A stretch of 64,000 nt of DNA from Deltaproteobacteria bacterium (GTDB lineage Bacteria; Desulfobacterota; GWC2-55-46; S146-80): the NCBI GenBank assembly GCA_015492305.1, contig WGFJ01000140.1:287-64286 (forward strand). Reading direction: 5' to 3'. The translations under genes were made by a program, and so were the position numbers. The notes under the pieces were generated by a model, which saw only the letters and a program-made list of their open reading frames with translations, searched no databases and was not told the DNA's origin. Shown piece after piece: positions 1-10,719 of this stretch. The first letter of the stretch is position 1; each line of letters starts with the position of its first letter.

Positions 1-159
1 CACTACGTGGTTGTCTTCGGATACGATGATGAAAGAAGGGAGGTCATCGTCCACTCGGGAAGGGAGAGGGGTAAGAGGTTGAGCTACAGCGAGTTCCTCA
101 AGATGTGGAAGGCAACCGATTACTGGACGCTTATACTCATCCCTGAGGGGGAAGATTGA
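1..159 (+). CDS. 3' fragment of an upstream gene (possible papain-like/C39-like cysteine peptidase C-terminus)
   Basis: Frame-1 ORF runs in from the window edge and ends with TGA at 157-159 (…HYVVVFGYDDERREVIVHSG…EFLKMW…*). The HxVVxxGYD-like motif only weakly suggests a C39-like fold. Confidence 0.3.
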   Translation, partial: HYVVVFGYDDERREVIVHSGRERGKRLSYSEFLKMWKATDYWTLILIPEGED

Positions 160-1334
160 AGCTTTACGACTTCATAGTCATAGGCGGAGGACCAACAGGG
201 CTCTACACGGCATGGCAGCTTGCCAGAAGGGGCTTTGAAGGGCTCGTTGTGGAAGAGCATCCCATCATCGGGGTGCCAAGGTATTGCAGCGGTGTGGTAG
301 GAAGGGAGGCCTTTGAGAGGTTTTCACTGCCCAGGGAGTCCATCCAGAGGGAGATGGAATCGGTTGTCATCTGCTCACCTTCAGGCAGGAGGCTCAGGAT
401 AGCAAGGGAGGATACAGGGGCCTACATCATAGACAGGAGCCTCTTTGATCAGGGCCTCTACACAAGGGCATCAGAAGAAGGGGTGAAGGTGAGGATATCA
501 TCACGGTGCAAGGATATCCGCGTGGGGACCAGGGGGGTGGAGATAACCCTTGAAAGCTTCGGCAAGAGGATGGATCTGATGTCAAGGGTGGTTGTGATTG
601 CAACAGGCGTGAACTATGCCTTCCACAGAAAGCTCGGTTTCAGGCCTCCCGGCATGTTCCTTGATACCTGTCAGGTAGATGTTGAGGGGGTCGGATTCCA
701 GGAGGTGGAGGTCTACCTTGGCAGGATGGTGGCCCCAAACTCCTTTGCCTGGGTGGTCCCGGTTACCGGTGGGGTGGCACGGGTGGGGGTGAGCACCTAC
801 AGGGATTCGAACCTCTACCTCCGCAGGTTCCTCTCCTCTCCAGCCCTGAGGGAGAGGGTCCTCAAGGTGAAGGGAAGGATGAAGAGGAAGCCCATACCCA
901 TAAGCCCTGTTGAGAGGAGCTACAGGGACAGGGTCATCCTCCTTGGAGATGCCGCAGGGCAGGTAAAGGTCACCACAGGAGGGGGGGTATTCTACGGTCT
1001 CCTGTGTGCAGAGGCTGCTGTGGATGTCCTCTCAGAGGCATTGAGGACCGACAGGTTCAACGGGACCTTCAGGGCCTATGAGAGGCTCTGGAGGGAAAGG
1101 ATAGGCAGGGAGTTGAGGATAGGGGCCATCTTCAGGAAGATCTTCTCCTGTCTTGAGGATGAGGAGATAGAGAGGCTCATCGACTTCGTCTCAACCGCTG
1201 AAGGACACCACCTCGTATCAACGAAGGGAAGCTTTGACTGGCATGGGAGGCTCCTCCTCGAGTTCCTGAAGGTCCCCTTCCTGTGGAAGGGTGCATACAG
1301 GGCCCTGAAAGGATACCTCAAGGACCTCAGGTGA
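156..1334 (+). CDS. FAD-dependent geranylgeranyl reductase family oxidoreductase
   Basis: N-terminal Rossmann GxGxxG motif (DFIVIGGGPTGLYTAWQLARRG), about 390 aa. TTG start overlaps the upstream stop as TTGA, with GAGGGGGAAG as ribosome-binding site. Confidence 0.7.
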   Translation: MKLYDFIVIGGGPTGLYTAWQLARRGFEGLVVEEHPIIGVPRYCSGVVGREAFERFSLPRESIQREMESVVICSPSGRRLRIAREDTGAYIIDRSLFDQGLYTRASEEGVKVRISSRCKDIRVGTRGVEITLESFGKRMDLMSRVVVIATGVNYAFHRKLGFRPPGMFLDTCQVDVEGVGFQEVEVYLGRMVAPNSFAWVVPVTGGVARVGVSTYRDSNLYLRRFLSSPALRERVLKVKGRMKRKPIPISPVERSYRDRVILLGDAAGQVKVTTGGGVFYGLLCAEAAVDVLSEALRTDRFNGTFRAYERLWRERIGRELRIGAIFRKIFSCLEDEEIERLIDFVSTAEGHHLVSTKGSFDWHGRLLLEFLKVPFLWKGAYRALKGYLKDLR

Positions 1335-1335
1335 A

Positions 1336-1977
1336 TCACCGGACCCGCCACTCTGAAAAGACCATCCTCAGCCTGTAACCCTCACCAACGGCCTCAACCT
1401 CCTTGAGCCCTCCCCCCTCAAAGGTGTTCTTCTGGCTGTATATGAGGTTGCCCTTTGCATAGACCCTGAAACCAAGGGGCACCCATCCATCAGGGTCCAT
1501 GACCAGCCTGAGATGAAGGCCTCCTGCCCTCAAGGTGAGGTGGTAAAGGCCTCCTTTCCTTTCAACACTCCCATCCTCTACTGTCACAGGCGGGTAGCCC
1601 AGGATGGCCGATGAGAGGGCAATGGGCACGATGGCTATGCCTTCAACAACAACCCTCCCACCAGGAGGGACCCTCCTTTTGTAGGACCTGTTATCCCGGA
1701 TGGCGAGGAAGGTGAGCCGTCCTCTGGAATAGGAAATGGAATAGAGGGGCCTCAGGAAGGGATCCACCACATCGATCCTGAAGGAACCATCAGGCCCTGC
1801 AGATACAAAGGCCTGCCCCACCACCTCCCTCTCTTCTGCCTGGAGGAGAAAGGAGGCATAACCGGAGACCTCACCCCTTGTCAACCTTCCATAGATTTCC
1901 TGAAGATCCTGGGGTGGAAGCTTGGCAGTAGCGCATCCGGAAAGCAGAAGGAGGAAGAGCCAGAAGGCCCGTCTCAC
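1336..1977 (-). CDS. lipoprotein, LolB/DUF4292-like
   Basis: Signal peptide with lipobox LLSGC. A beta-rich 213-aa protein immediately downstream of, and overlapping, a TPR protein, as is typical for LolB-like lipoproteins. Confidence 0.5.
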   Translation of the reverse strand: MRRAFWLFLLLLSGCATAKLPPQDLQEIYGRLTRGEVSGYASFLLQAEEREVVGQAFVSAGPDGSFRIDVVDPFLRPLYSISYSRGRLTFLAIRDNRSYKRRVPPGGRVVVEGIAIVPIALSSAILGYPPVTVEDGSVERKGGLYHLTLRAGGLHLRLVMDPDGWVPLGFRVYAKGNLIYSQKNTFEGGGLKEVEAVGEGYRLRMVFSEWRVR

Positions 1978-3662
1978 CGGGTAAGTCCCAGTTCCTTTTT
2001 GACCGCCTCGATCTTCTTCAGGACCTCATCCCTCTTCTCGAGGTCGTAGGACCTCTCATAGAGTTCCAGGGCCTTCTCCTTCATGCTCTTCTTGTAGTAA
2101 GCATCTCCAAGGTGTTCGGTTATGATGGGATCGTCAGGGGTATAACGGACAGCCTTCTCAAGGAGTTCTATGGCCTTCTCGTAGTTGCCCTTCTTGAAGT
2201 AGACCCAGCCAAGGCTGTCGATGATGTAACCACTGTTTGGCTTTATCTCCAGGGCCTTCTTTATCAACCTCTCTGCCTCATCAAGGAGGATACCCTTCTC
2301 CGCATAGGTGTAGCCAAGGTAGTTGAGGGCCTCCGCAAAGTCAGGTTTGAGGCTTATGCTCTTTTTCATCGCCTCTATCATCTTCTCGTCTTCGTCAAGG
2401 TCGTCGTAGAGGACACCCAGGGTAAAGTAAAGGTAGGGGTCATCGGGGTGGAGGGAAAGGGCCCTCTTGATACTCTCTATACCCTCCCTGATCCTCCCCG
2501 CCTCCTTGTAGACATTGGCAAGGATCCTGTAGACATCCACATTCTTTGTCTTCTTCGCAACCCCCTCAAAGTAGCTTATGGCCTCGTCAAGCATCCCCAT
2601 CTCCTTATAGATCATGGCTATCTGCAAGAGGGCATCCCTGTAAACAGGTGATGATGGGGGGATGGGCTTCAATACCTCAAGGGCCTTCTCATACTCACCC
2701 TTCTGGCTGTAGGCCACTCCAAGATAGTACCTCACCTCATGGGCCTGGGGATCTGCTGCAAGGGCAAGGTTGAACTGGGTTATGGCCTCATCCACCTTCC
2801 CCTGTTCCATGTATATGAGGCCTATCTTCACCATGGCGTCGACCTTGTTGCTGCCGAAGCGCTCAAGCTCCCTGTACTCCTTTATGGCCTCCTCGTACCT
2901 CTTCTCCCTTATGAGGAGCTGACCCAGCCTGCGGCGGAGGTTTTCATTGCCAGGCCTCAGCTGGAGCGCCCTCTTGTAGGCCTCTATGGCCTTATCCCTC
3001 TTGTTCATAAACTCATAGACAAGGCCAAGGTCTATCAGGGCACCGTAGAAGTCGGGGTGATACTCAAGGGCCTTGAGCAGATACTCTTCGGCCTTCTTGT
3101 AGTCGCCCTTGTCCGCATAGGCCCTTCCAAGGTAGTAATGGGCCATGACAGAATCGGGCTTTCTCTCCTTGTATTTGAGGAGGATCTCAATGGCCTTGTC
3201 ATACTCCTTGAGATCGCTGTAGAGGGCAGAGAGGAGTATGTAGGCCTTCTCGTTATCCGGATCGAGCTGGAGGACCTTCTTATACTCCTCTATGGCATCC
3301 CTTGTCCTCTTCTGGGCCGTATAGAGATCGCCAAGGAGGAGGTGGGCCTTACTGTAATCCTCGTGTTCAAGTGCCTCCTTGAGTTCCTTGATGGCCTCCT
3401 CTATCAGCCCCTTCCTCAGGTAGAGGGAGGCAAGCTCTGTGTGGAGGAGGGCAGAGAAGGGATCGGCCTTGAGGGCCTTCTTATACTCGGCGATGGCCTT
3501 GTCTATCTTCCCTTCTTTCAGGTAGAGCTGGGCTATGGCGTAGTGCTCATAGGGGTTACCACTCCTTGAAAAGAAGGAGAAGGCCCTGGCTTGAGAAAGG
3601 GGAAAAAAGAAAAGGGATAGGGTTATGATTGCAATAAAAAAGGACTTCCTATATATTAACAT
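1974..3662 (-). CDS. tetratricopeptide (TPR) repeat protein with N-terminal signal/anchor
   Basis: About 15 tandem 34-aa repeats with the A/L/Y/G/P pattern (…AxxxYxxALxxDP…). Hydrophobic N-terminus. Confidence 0.85.
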   Translation of the reverse strand: MLIYRKSFFIAIITLSLFFFPLSQARAFSFFSRSGNPYEHYAIAQLYLKEGKIDKAIAEYKKALKADPFSALLHTELASLYLRKGLIEEAIKELKEALEHEDYSKAHLLLGDLYTAQKRTRDAIEEYKKVLQLDPDNEKAYILLSALYSDLKEYDKAIEILLKYKERKPDSVMAHYYLGRAYADKGDYKKAEEYLLKALEYHPDFYGALIDLGLVYEFMNKRDKAIEAYKRALQLRPGNENLRRRLGQLLIREKRYEEAIKEYRELERFGSNKVDAMVKIGLIYMEQGKVDEAITQFNLALAADPQAHEVRYYLGVAYSQKGEYEKALEVLKPIPPSSPVYRDALLQIAMIYKEMGMLDEAISYFEGVAKKTKNVDVYRILANVYKEAGRIREGIESIKRALSLHPDDPYLYFTLGVLYDDLDEDEKMIEAMKKSISLKPDFAEALNYLGYTYAEKGILLDEAERLIKKALEIKPNSGYIIDSLGWVYFKKGNYEKAIELLEKAVRYTPDDPIITEHLGDAYYKKSMKEKALELYERSYDLEKRDEVLKKIEAVKKELGLTR

Positions 3663-3715
3663 GGCCTTAAAAATTAAGATATCACAGCCCCTCTGCGGAG
3701 GTCAACCTCTAAGTT

Positions 3716-4900
3716 ATGGAAACCCTGACGGCATTGCTCCTCATAGCCATCATCTCCTATGTGAGTAACAGGATCACCCCTGTCCTTGTGAGGCTCCCCA
3801 TAGGGGCCCAGCATGTCCTGTTTACAGGCACAGAATACCTCTTTCTCGGACTCCTCCTCGGTCCTTATCTGATAGGCTTTTTGTCGAAGGAGGTCCTTGA
3901 CCAACTCAGACCCTTTGTCAGTCTTGCCCTGGGTTGGATCGGACTCCTCTACGGTCTCCAGTTCAACTGGCGGGACATAAGGACCTTTCCCCTCATCTAC
4001 ATGCCCATAGCCTTCCTCCAGGCCCTGATAACCATGGGTATAGTCTTCATTGTCTTCTACCCTGTACTCGGTTATCTCCTTGGAGGGAACAGGCTCCTCT
4101 ATCCCCTTCTCATTGCCCTTTCCGCATCGGCCTCCCTCACCTCACCCTCTGCAATTGCGGTCCTTCACAGGAGGGTGGAGATAAAGGAAAGGGACCTCGT
4201 CACCCTTGTCAGGTACATATCCGGCATAGATAGCCTGATAGGTATAACCATCTTCGGCCTCACCTTTGCCATCTTCCACATCACCTACGGCTACAACCAG
4301 GGACTCCTACCACTGGAGTGGTTCCTGCTCACCATCGGCCTATCCCTCTTCCTTGCCATGATCTTTAACCTCTGCCTGCTCCTCCCTTTAACGAGCAATG
4401 AGTTTCTCGCTGTAACAACGGGGATGGTGGTATTCTCCAGCGGTGTGGCCTCCTTCCTCTACCTCTCTCCCCTCTTTGTGAGCATGGTCATGGGCCTCAT
4501 CATCGCGAATACCTCTTCAAAGCGTGAGATCCTCTATGAGAACCTGGTGAGGGGAGAAAGGCCCTTCTACATCATCTTCGTGATCATAGTTGGAGGGCTA
4601 TGGACTGTCGAGCCCCTCTGGGGAGGCATAGGGGCCCTCATATACACCCTTGCCAGGGTGGCCGGGAAGTACCTTGGAGGGATATACGCTACCGCGATCT
4701 TCAAACCCCCCTTTCCCATACCCAGAGACCTTGGCCTTGCCCTGCTCTCCCAGGGAGGGGTTGCCATTGCCATAGCAGCAAGCCTCCAGCAGACATACCA
4801 GACCACCCTCACGCCCACAGTAATGACCATCATCCTCACAGGGGTCATCATAAACGAATTCCTCGGTCCCAGATACCTTATGAAGGTCCTGAGCAAATGA
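3716..4900 (+). CDS. cation:proton antiporter (Na+/H+ exchanger family)
   Basis: Polytopic membrane protein of about 12 TM segments with a CPA-family layout. Confidence 0.6.
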   Translation: METLTALLLIAIISYVSNRITPVLVRLPIGAQHVLFTGTEYLFLGLLLGPYLIGFLSKEVLDQLRPFVSLALGWIGLLYGLQFNWRDIRTFPLIYMPIAFLQALITMGIVFIVFYPVLGYLLGGNRLLYPLLIALSASASLTSPSAIAVLHRRVEIKERDLVTLVRYISGIDSLIGITIFGLTFAIFHITYGYNQGLLPLEWFLLTIGLSLFLAMIFNLCLLLPLTSNEFLAVTTGMVVFSSGVASFLYLSPLFVSMVMGLIIANTSSKREILYENLVRGERPFYIIFVIIVGGLWTVEPLWGGIGALIYTLARVAGKYLGGIYATAIFKPPFPIPRDLGLALLSQGGVAIAIAASLQQTYQTTLTPTVMTIILTGVIINEFLGPRYLMKVLSK

Positions 4901-6198
4901 AGATGGGAAGGGTCTTTATACTCATCATCCTCTTCCTCTCCATGTTCATGCTCCTCAGATTCTTCGAAAAGGGGCTTGTCAACGAGGAGGCCCTGCCCAC
5001 ACTGTCCCTTGGCTTCGTGCTGGTCTCTGCCTTCCTCTTCGGAAAGACGGTGAAGGACTACAGCCTTCCCATGGTCACCGGCTATCTGATCCTTGGTATC
5101 CTCTCAGGCCCATATGTGATGAACCTCATCTCCCATGAAACAACACAGGCCCTCAGGCTGATAGACGAGATCGCCCTGAGCCTCATAGCCCTCACAGCCG
5201 GGGGTGAATTGAGGATGAAGGAGATGAGGAACCTGTGGAAACCCCTCTTTTACATCTCCCTTGTCCTTACAGGGGTGGTTACAGCAGGGATCGCCATCTT
5301 TACCTTCCTCTTTCTCTACCTCAAGCCACTCCCCGGTGCCGAGGGTCTTCTGGTCAACCTGTTCATAGGGCTCATACTCGGGATATGGGCTGTGAACAGC
5401 TCTCCAGACATCACCATCGGGGTGATCACAGAATACAGGGCAAAGGGAAAGTTGACGGAAACCATCCTTGGTGTCACCATCCTGAAGGATATACTGGTCA
5501 TAGCCCTCTTCACCATACTCCTTTCCTTCGGTCAGAACCTCTTTACCCCTGAGAGGGGAAGCGAACCTGTCTTCCCCCTCCTGGCCAGAAAGATCCTGGG
5601 TTCCTTCCTTGCAGGGACAGGCTTTGGATGGCTGATGGCCATGTACCTCAAGAGGGTAGGTAAGGAGGTTACCCTCTTTCTCGTGGGCTCAGCCCTCTTT
5701 ATTACATCCTTTTCCCACTCCTATGGCCTGGAACCCATCCTTGTGGCCGTTGCTGCAGGCTTCTTTGTGGAGAACTTCTCAGAGGAGGGGGAATCCTTCA
5801 TAAAGGCCGTTGAAAGGGGATCCCTGCCCATCTATGCCATCTTCTTTGCCATAGCAGGGGCCTCCCTTGATATAGAGGGTTTCAGGAGGATGTGGCTTAT
5901 AGGGGCCGTGTTTGCGGCCCTCAGGGTCCTCACCATCTATGTGGGAAGCAGATTCGGGGCCTCACTAGCTGAAGCGGAAAAGGAGATAGGCCATTACACC
6001 TGGCTTGGCCTCATCTCCCAGGCAGGGGTGACCCTTGGACTTGCCATCATGGTGGAAAGGAGGTTTCCCCTGTGGGGGATGGGGTTCAAGGAGCTTGCCC
6101 TTGCCATCATCGTCTTCAACCTCCTTCTGGGTCCCTTCACCCTCCAGTATGCCCTTAAGAGGGCAGGGGAGATAGAAGGGGGTCAGCCCTCAAGATAG
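4897..6198 (+). CDS. cation:proton antiporter (Na+/H+ exchanger family), second tandem copy
   Basis: ATG at 4897 overlaps the previous stop (ATGA). Membrane protein of about 433 aa with a CPA-like layout. The ORF-track N-terminal extension from 4600 lies inside the previous gene and was discarded. Confidence 0.6.
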   Translation: MKMGRVFILIILFLSMFMLLRFFEKGLVNEEALPTLSLGFVLVSAFLFGKTVKDYSLPMVTGYLILGILSGPYVMNLISHETTQALRLIDEIALSLIALTAGGELRMKEMRNLWKPLFYISLVLTGVVTAGIAIFTFLFLYLKPLPGAEGLLVNLFIGLILGIWAVNSSPDITIGVITEYRAKGKLTETILGVTILKDILVIALFTILLSFGQNLFTPERGSEPVFPLLARKILGSFLAGTGFGWLMAMYLKRVGKEVTLFLVGSALFITSFSHSYGLEPILVAVAAGFFVENFSEEGESFIKAVERGSLPIYAIFFAIAGASLDIEGFRRMWLIGAVFAALRVLTIYVGSRFGASLAEAEKEIGHYTWLGLISQAGVTLGLAIMVERRFPLWGMGFKELALAIIVFNLLLGPFTLQYALKRAGEIEGGQPSR

Positions 6199-6911
6199 AG
6201 CCAGAACTCCCTGTTCCCCTTTGCCCCTCTCAGGGGGGACTCTACCACCCCCTTTACCCTTAGACCAAGGGACCTGGAAAAGGTCTTCAACCTCTCTATC
6301 ACCTTCCTGTGTTTCTCAGGGTCCCTGACCACTCCTCCCTTTCCCACCTCCCCCTTACCCACCTCGAACTGGGGTTTGATAAGGGCAAGGATTATCCCCC
6401 CTTTCTTCAGGAACTCCATGGCCTTCGGTATCACCTTCTCAAGGGATATGAAGGAGACATCTATGGTGATGAGGTCGACCTTCTCACCCACCTCCTCGTA
6501 ATCAAGGTACCGGATGTTCCTCCTCTCCAAGAGGATGACCCTTTCGTCCTGCCTCAGCTTCCAGTCAAGGAGACCATAGCCCACATCAACGGCATAGACC
6601 TTCCTGGCACCGAACTTGAGGAGACAATCCGTAAAACCTCCTGTGCTGGCACCGATATCCATGGCCTTCTTCCCCTTCACATCTATGGAGAAGGCCTTCA
6701 GGGCCCCTTCAAGCTTTACCCCTCCACGGCTCACATAGGGAAGGGGTTCCACGATCCTTATGTCGCTATCTTCAGGGACAAGCTTCCCTGCCTTATCCAC
6801 GGGGACACCATCAACAAGGACCCGTCCCTCAAGGATGAGGGCCCTTGCCTTCTCCCTCGTCTCTACAAGCCCCTTTTCAAGGATGAGTTTATCGAGACGC
6901 TCTTTTCCCAA
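6183..6911 (-). CDS. tlyA: TlyA family rRNA (cytidine-2'-O)-methyltransferase
   Basis: S4 RNA-binding N-terminus followed by an FtsJ-like methyltransferase domain ([14 protein letters not shown]…DVSFISL). Confidence 0.85.
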   Translation of the reverse strand: MGKERLDKLILEKGLVETREKARALILEGRVLVDGVPVDKAGKLVPEDSDIRIVEPLPYVSRGGVKLEGALKAFSIDVKGKKAMDIGASTGGFTDCLLKFGARKVYAVDVGYGLLDWKLRQDERVILLERRNIRYLDYEEVGEKVDLITIDVSFISLEKVIPKAMEFLKKGGIILALIKPQFEVGKGEVGKGGVVRDPEKHRKVIERLKTFSRSLGLRVKGVVESPLRGAKGNREFWLYLEG

Positions 6912-8784
6912 GCCCTGTTTCCTGGAGGAGGAGGGATCTTGCTGAGGCCTTTATCCCCTCTTCGTCTATCCCGCACTGCTTCCTTAACTCCTCCTGGCTG
7001 CCGTGCCTGATGAAGGCATCGGGGATACCAAGCCTCCTTACAGTCACACCCCTTACGGATCTCCTCTCGAGCATCTCAAGGACAGCACTCCCGAAGCCAC
7101 CCATGAGGGTATTCTCCTCAACGGTAAGGATCCTGTTTGTCCTGTTGAGGTAGGAAAGGATGAGTTCCTCATCTATGGGCTTTGCAAAGCGGGCATTTAT
7201 GACCGCCACCTTGAACCCTTCCTTTTCAAGCTCTTCGGCAGCCTTAAGAGAGGGGTGTACCGTGCTCCCTATGGCAATGATCAGAAGGTCGGTACCGTCC
7301 TTCAGGACCTCACCCCTGCCAAGCTCTATGGAGCCGGTCTCAAAGGACCTGCCAACCCCCTTTCCTCTGGGATAGCGTATGGCCACAGGTCCCTTCAGTT
7401 CAAGGGCCTTCTCAAGCATGGCTGGCAACTCCACCTCATCCCTCGGGGCCATGACCACCATATTCGGTATATGCCTCAGATAGGAGAGATCGAACAGGCC
7501 GTGGTGGGTAGGCCCGTCTGCCCCCACGATACCTGCCCTGTCGATGGCGAAGATCACATGGAGGTCCTGAAGGCAGACATCATGGATGATCTGGTCAAAG
7601 GCCCTCTGGAGGAAGGTGGAGTATATGGCCACCACAGGGACGAATCCAGAGATGGCAAGGCCTGCAGCAAAGGTTACGGCATGCTGTTCGGCTATCCCCA
7701 CATCGAAGAACCTATCGGGGAAGACCCTGCTGAAGGCATCGAGCCCGGTCCCCTCGGGCATGGCTGCTGTTATGGCAACAATCCTCTCATCCCTTCTGGC
7801 AAGTTCTATGAGGGTACGGCTGAAGACCTCTGTGTAGGTTGGGACCTTCCCCCTGGAAAGGGGCTTACCCGTTGCAACATCAAATGGTCCCACACCGTGG
7901 AACCTGGATGGATCCTCCTCGGCAGGCCTGTAACCCTTGCCCTTCTTTGTAAGGACATGGACAAGGAGGGGTCCCTTTGCATCCTTTATACCCTCCAGTG
8001 TCTCTATCAGCTGGCCCATGTTGTGCCCGTCTATAGGACCGATGTAGTTGAAGCCAAGGCCTTCGAAGAGCATCCCAGGGGTCAGGAGGGATATAATGGA
8101 GTCCTCGGCCTTCTTGGCGATGGAGACCATCCCATCCCCTATCCTGGGTATGAAGTGAAGGAAGGACTGGATCTCCCTCTTAAGCTTGTTTGCAAACCTG
8201 CCCGTCACCTTCCTGCTGAGGAAGGAGGCAAGGGCCCCGACATTCCTGGCTATGGACATCTCGTTATCGTTGAGGATGACGATGATATCCTTCTTGAGGT
8301 GACCTGCCTGGTTCAGGGCCTCAAAGGCCATGCCGGCCGTCATGGCCCCATCCCCTATAACGGCGATCACCTTGTAGTCCTTTCCCTCAAGATCCCTGGC
8401 TGAGACCATACCGAGTCCGGCAGAGATAGAGGTGCTGCTGTGGCCGGCAACAAAGGCATCGTAGGGGCTCTCAGAGGGGGTGGTAAAACCGCTTATCCCC
8501 CCTGACTGCCTCAGGGTATGGAAGACCTTCCTCCTGCCTGTGAGGATCTTGTGGGCATAGGCCTGATGCCCCACATCCCATATGATCCTGTCCCTGGGGG
8601 CATCAAAGACACGGTGGATGGCTATGGCAAGCTCAACGGCACCAAGGCTTGACGCAAGGTGGCCGCCTGTCTTTGAGACCGTATCGATGATGAGTTCCCT
8701 TATCTCTCCTGCAAGGCTTGAGAGTTCCTCCAGGGAGAGGGACTTCAGGTCCTGTGGTCCGTCTATCCTCTCAAGGATGCTCAT
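6889..8784 (-). CDS. dxs: 1-deoxy-D-xylulose-5-phosphate synthase
   Basis: DXS-typical N-terminus ([13 protein letters not shown]…[16 protein letters not shown]), transketolase-like TPP domains, 631 aa. Confidence 0.95.
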   Translation of the reverse strand: MSILERIDGPQDLKSLSLEELSSLAGEIRELIIDTVSKTGGHLASSLGAVELAIAIHRVFDAPRDRIIWDVGHQAYAHKILTGRRKVFHTLRQSGGISGFTTPSESPYDAFVAGHSSTSISAGLGMVSARDLEGKDYKVIAVIGDGAMTAGMAFEALNQAGHLKKDIIVILNDNEMSIARNVGALASFLSRKVTGRFANKLKREIQSFLHFIPRIGDGMVSIAKKAEDSIISLLTPGMLFEGLGFNYIGPIDGHNMGQLIETLEGIKDAKGPLLVHVLTKKGKGYRPAEEDPSRFHGVGPFDVATGKPLSRGKVPTYTEVFSRTLIELARRDERIVAITAAMPEGTGLDAFSRVFPDRFFDVGIAEQHAVTFAAGLAISGFVPVVAIYSTFLQRAFDQIIHDVCLQDLHVIFAIDRAGIVGADGPTHHGLFDLSYLRHIPNMVVMAPRDEVELPAMLEKALELKGPVAIRYPRGKGVGRSFETGSIELGRGEVLKDGTDLLIIAIGSTVHPSLKAAEELEKEGFKVAVINARFAKPIDEELILSYLNRTNRILTVEENTLMGGFGSAVLEMLERRSVRGVTVRRLGIPDAFIRHGSQEELRKQCGIDEEGIKASARSLLLQETGLGKRASR

Positions 8785-9665
8785 TTTGTCCTCTTCCCTA
8801 TGTATCTTGCAATGGCAGAGAGGGTTGAAGCCCGCTCACCCAGCACCGAAAGGGAGGATATGGCCCGATCGATGAGCTCCTCAACCCTCCTCTTCGATTC
8901 ATCAAGGCCCACAAGGGAAGGGTATGTGGCCTTCCCCTTCAGGGCATCCACCCCTGTCTCCTTGCCCATGACCTCCCTCTCACCCTCCACATCGAGTATA
9001 TCATCCACTATCTGAAAGGCAAGACCCACGGCCTCCCCGTAGTCTGTGAGGGCCTGCAACTCCCTTGCACCTGCCCCGGCCATCATGGCACCTGCCCTTA
9101 TGGAGGCAAGTATGAGGGCCCCTGTCTTGTGGATGTGGATGTATTCAAGGGTGGGGAAGTCAACGCTTTTCCCCTGCGACTCTATGTCAACGGCCTGCCC
9201 GCCAACCATACCCATGGAACCTGCAGCCCTGGCTATCTCCCTCACCACCCTCATGACCTTGGAGGGATCATGGTCCTCATCCATCGCAGCTATCACCTCA
9301 AAGGCCAGGGTAAGGAGGGCATCACCAGCCAGGATGGCCATGGCCTCCCCGTAGACCTTGTGGCAGGTGGGTTTCCCCCTCCTCCAGTCATCATCATCCA
9401 TTGCAGGGAGGTCGTCGTGTATGAGCGAATAGGTGTGGATGAGTTCTATGGCACATGCAAGGGGCATGACCTCTTCACCCCTTCTGCCGAGGGCTTCAGC
9501 GGTTGCGATGGTGAATATGGGCCTTATCCTCTTGCCACCTGCAAAGGTGCTGTACCGCATTGCCCTGTGAAGGGTCCTGGGGAAGTCCTCTTCCCCCGGG
9601 AGATACCTCTCAAGGGCCTCCTCCACCTCGACCCTTTTCTCCTCAAGGTACCTTTCAATATCCAA
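8781..9665 (-). CDS. ispA: (2E,6E)-farnesyl diphosphate synthase / polyprenyl synthetase
   Basis: Both Asp-rich motifs present ([17 protein letters not shown] and the second DDxxD). Classic ispA-dxs linkage. Confidence 0.9.
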   Translation of the reverse strand: MDIERYLEEKRVEVEEALERYLPGEEDFPRTLHRAMRYSTFAGGKRIRPIFTIATAEALGRRGEEVMPLACAIELIHTYSLIHDDLPAMDDDDWRRGKPTCHKVYGEAMAILAGDALLTLAFEVIAAMDEDHDPSKVMRVVREIARAAGSMGMVGGQAVDIESQGKSVDFPTLEYIHIHKTGALILASIRAGAMMAGAGARELQALTDYGEAVGLAFQIVDDILDVEGEREVMGKETGVDALKGKATYPSLVGLDESKRRVEELIDRAISSLSVLGERASTLSAIARYIGKRTK

Positions 9666-9677
9666 AGAAACCTCCTT

Positions 9678-10718
9678 TCAGGGAGACCTGATAGAGGATA
9701 GGGGCACAAGCTCTATGCCCTCCTCCTCAAAGACAGGTAGCATCTCCCTTATGGCCTTTACCGTTGAAGGACGGGGATGCCCTATGGCGATGGCAACCCC
9801 CTTTCTCTTTGCCTTCTCCATGAGCCTCCTCAACTGCCCCTTGATGTAGTCCACATCCCTCTTGTTATCTATAAAGACATCCCTTTCCAGTGCCCTGATC
9901 CCCATCTTCCTTGCAAGGAGATAGCCCTTGGAATCAGGGGTTGTCTTGCTGTCAAGGTAGAGAAGCCCCCTGCCCTTCAGTTCCCCGAGGACAACCTTCA
10001 TGAGCCTCTGGTCTGCACTGAACCTGGATCCCATATGGTTGTTCACCCCTGTTAGATAGGGAAGGGCCTCAAGATCCCTTCTTACCATCTCCCTCACCTC
10101 TTCCTCAGACATATTGGTAAAAAGGGCCCCCTTACCCGGGTCCTCTCCGGGATCCCTTGCTTCCATGGGAAGGTGGAGGAGTACCTCCCTTCCCCTCTTC
10201 CTTGCTTCCTCTGCAATCCATCTCGAGTAGGGACGATAGGGGAGGATGGAAAGGGTCACTGGAAGCTCTATCACCTCCTCGGCTATCCTCGGGTTGTGCC
10301 CCAAGTCGTCTATGACAATGGCCACCCTGGCCCTGTAGGCCTTGGGAGGATAGAGGATGATCCTCCTCACCAGCCTGTCCCCCTCAAGGACCCTCAAGGC
10401 GGTATAACCCTTCCATGCCTCTGCAATCACAGTTGCCCTGTATCCTGCCCTGTTAAGGGCCCTCTCCATCCCCTTCCTCACCTCTTCAGGATGGAGCCCT
10501 TTCGGCAGGACAAAGGCCATGGCCTCACCCTTTTTCTCCTTCAGACCCATGGGAAGGAGGGCTCCCCTGATAAGGCCATCTATACTTCTTGCAGGGACCC
10601 TTCCCTTCCGGGGCTCCTCCCTCAAGAAGACCAGGGAAACCACCACAGCCACAACGATGAGAAAGGCCCCACCTATAAAGAGCAAGGGGGCCTTCTTCTT
10701 CCTTTTTCGCCTCGCCAT
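9678..10718 (-). CDS. divergent polysaccharide deacetylase family protein (YibQ-like)
   Basis: N-terminal membrane anchor followed by a YibQ/DUF610-like domain (AIVIDDLGHN…LPY…NHMGSRFS). Conserved position after ctpA. Confidence 0.65.
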   Translation of the reverse strand: MARRKRKKKAPLLFIGGAFLIVVAVVVSLVFLREEPRKGRVPARSIDGLIRGALLPMGLKEKKGEAMAFVLPKGLHPEEVRKGMERALNRAGYRATVIAEAWKGYTALRVLEGDRLVRRIILYPPKAYRARVAIVIDDLGHNPRIAEEVIELPVTLSILPYRPYSRWIAEEARKRGREVLLHLPMEARDPGEDPGKGALFTNMSEEEVREMVRRDLEALPYLTGVNNHMGSRFSADQRLMKVVLGELKGRGLLYLDSKTTPDSKGYLLARKMGIRALERDVFIDNKRDVDYIKGQLRRLMEKAKRKGVAIAIGHPRPSTVKAIREMLPVFEEEGIELVPLSSIRSP

Positions 10719-10719
10719 A

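Noticed and set aside
2112-3569. Long plus-strand ORFs (179, 75 and 276 aa) antisense to the TPR gene
   Set aside because: They are the reverse-complement shadow of an in-frame repetitive TPR gene. Their low-complexity G/L/V-rich products have no motifs, whereas the minus-strand product is a clear TPR protein.
4600-4896. N-terminal 99-aa extension of the second antiporter ORF (His/Pro/Arg-rich)
   Set aside because: It lies entirely inside the first antiporter gene in another frame. The hydrophobic antiporter sequence begins at the ATG at 4897, which overlaps the upstream stop.
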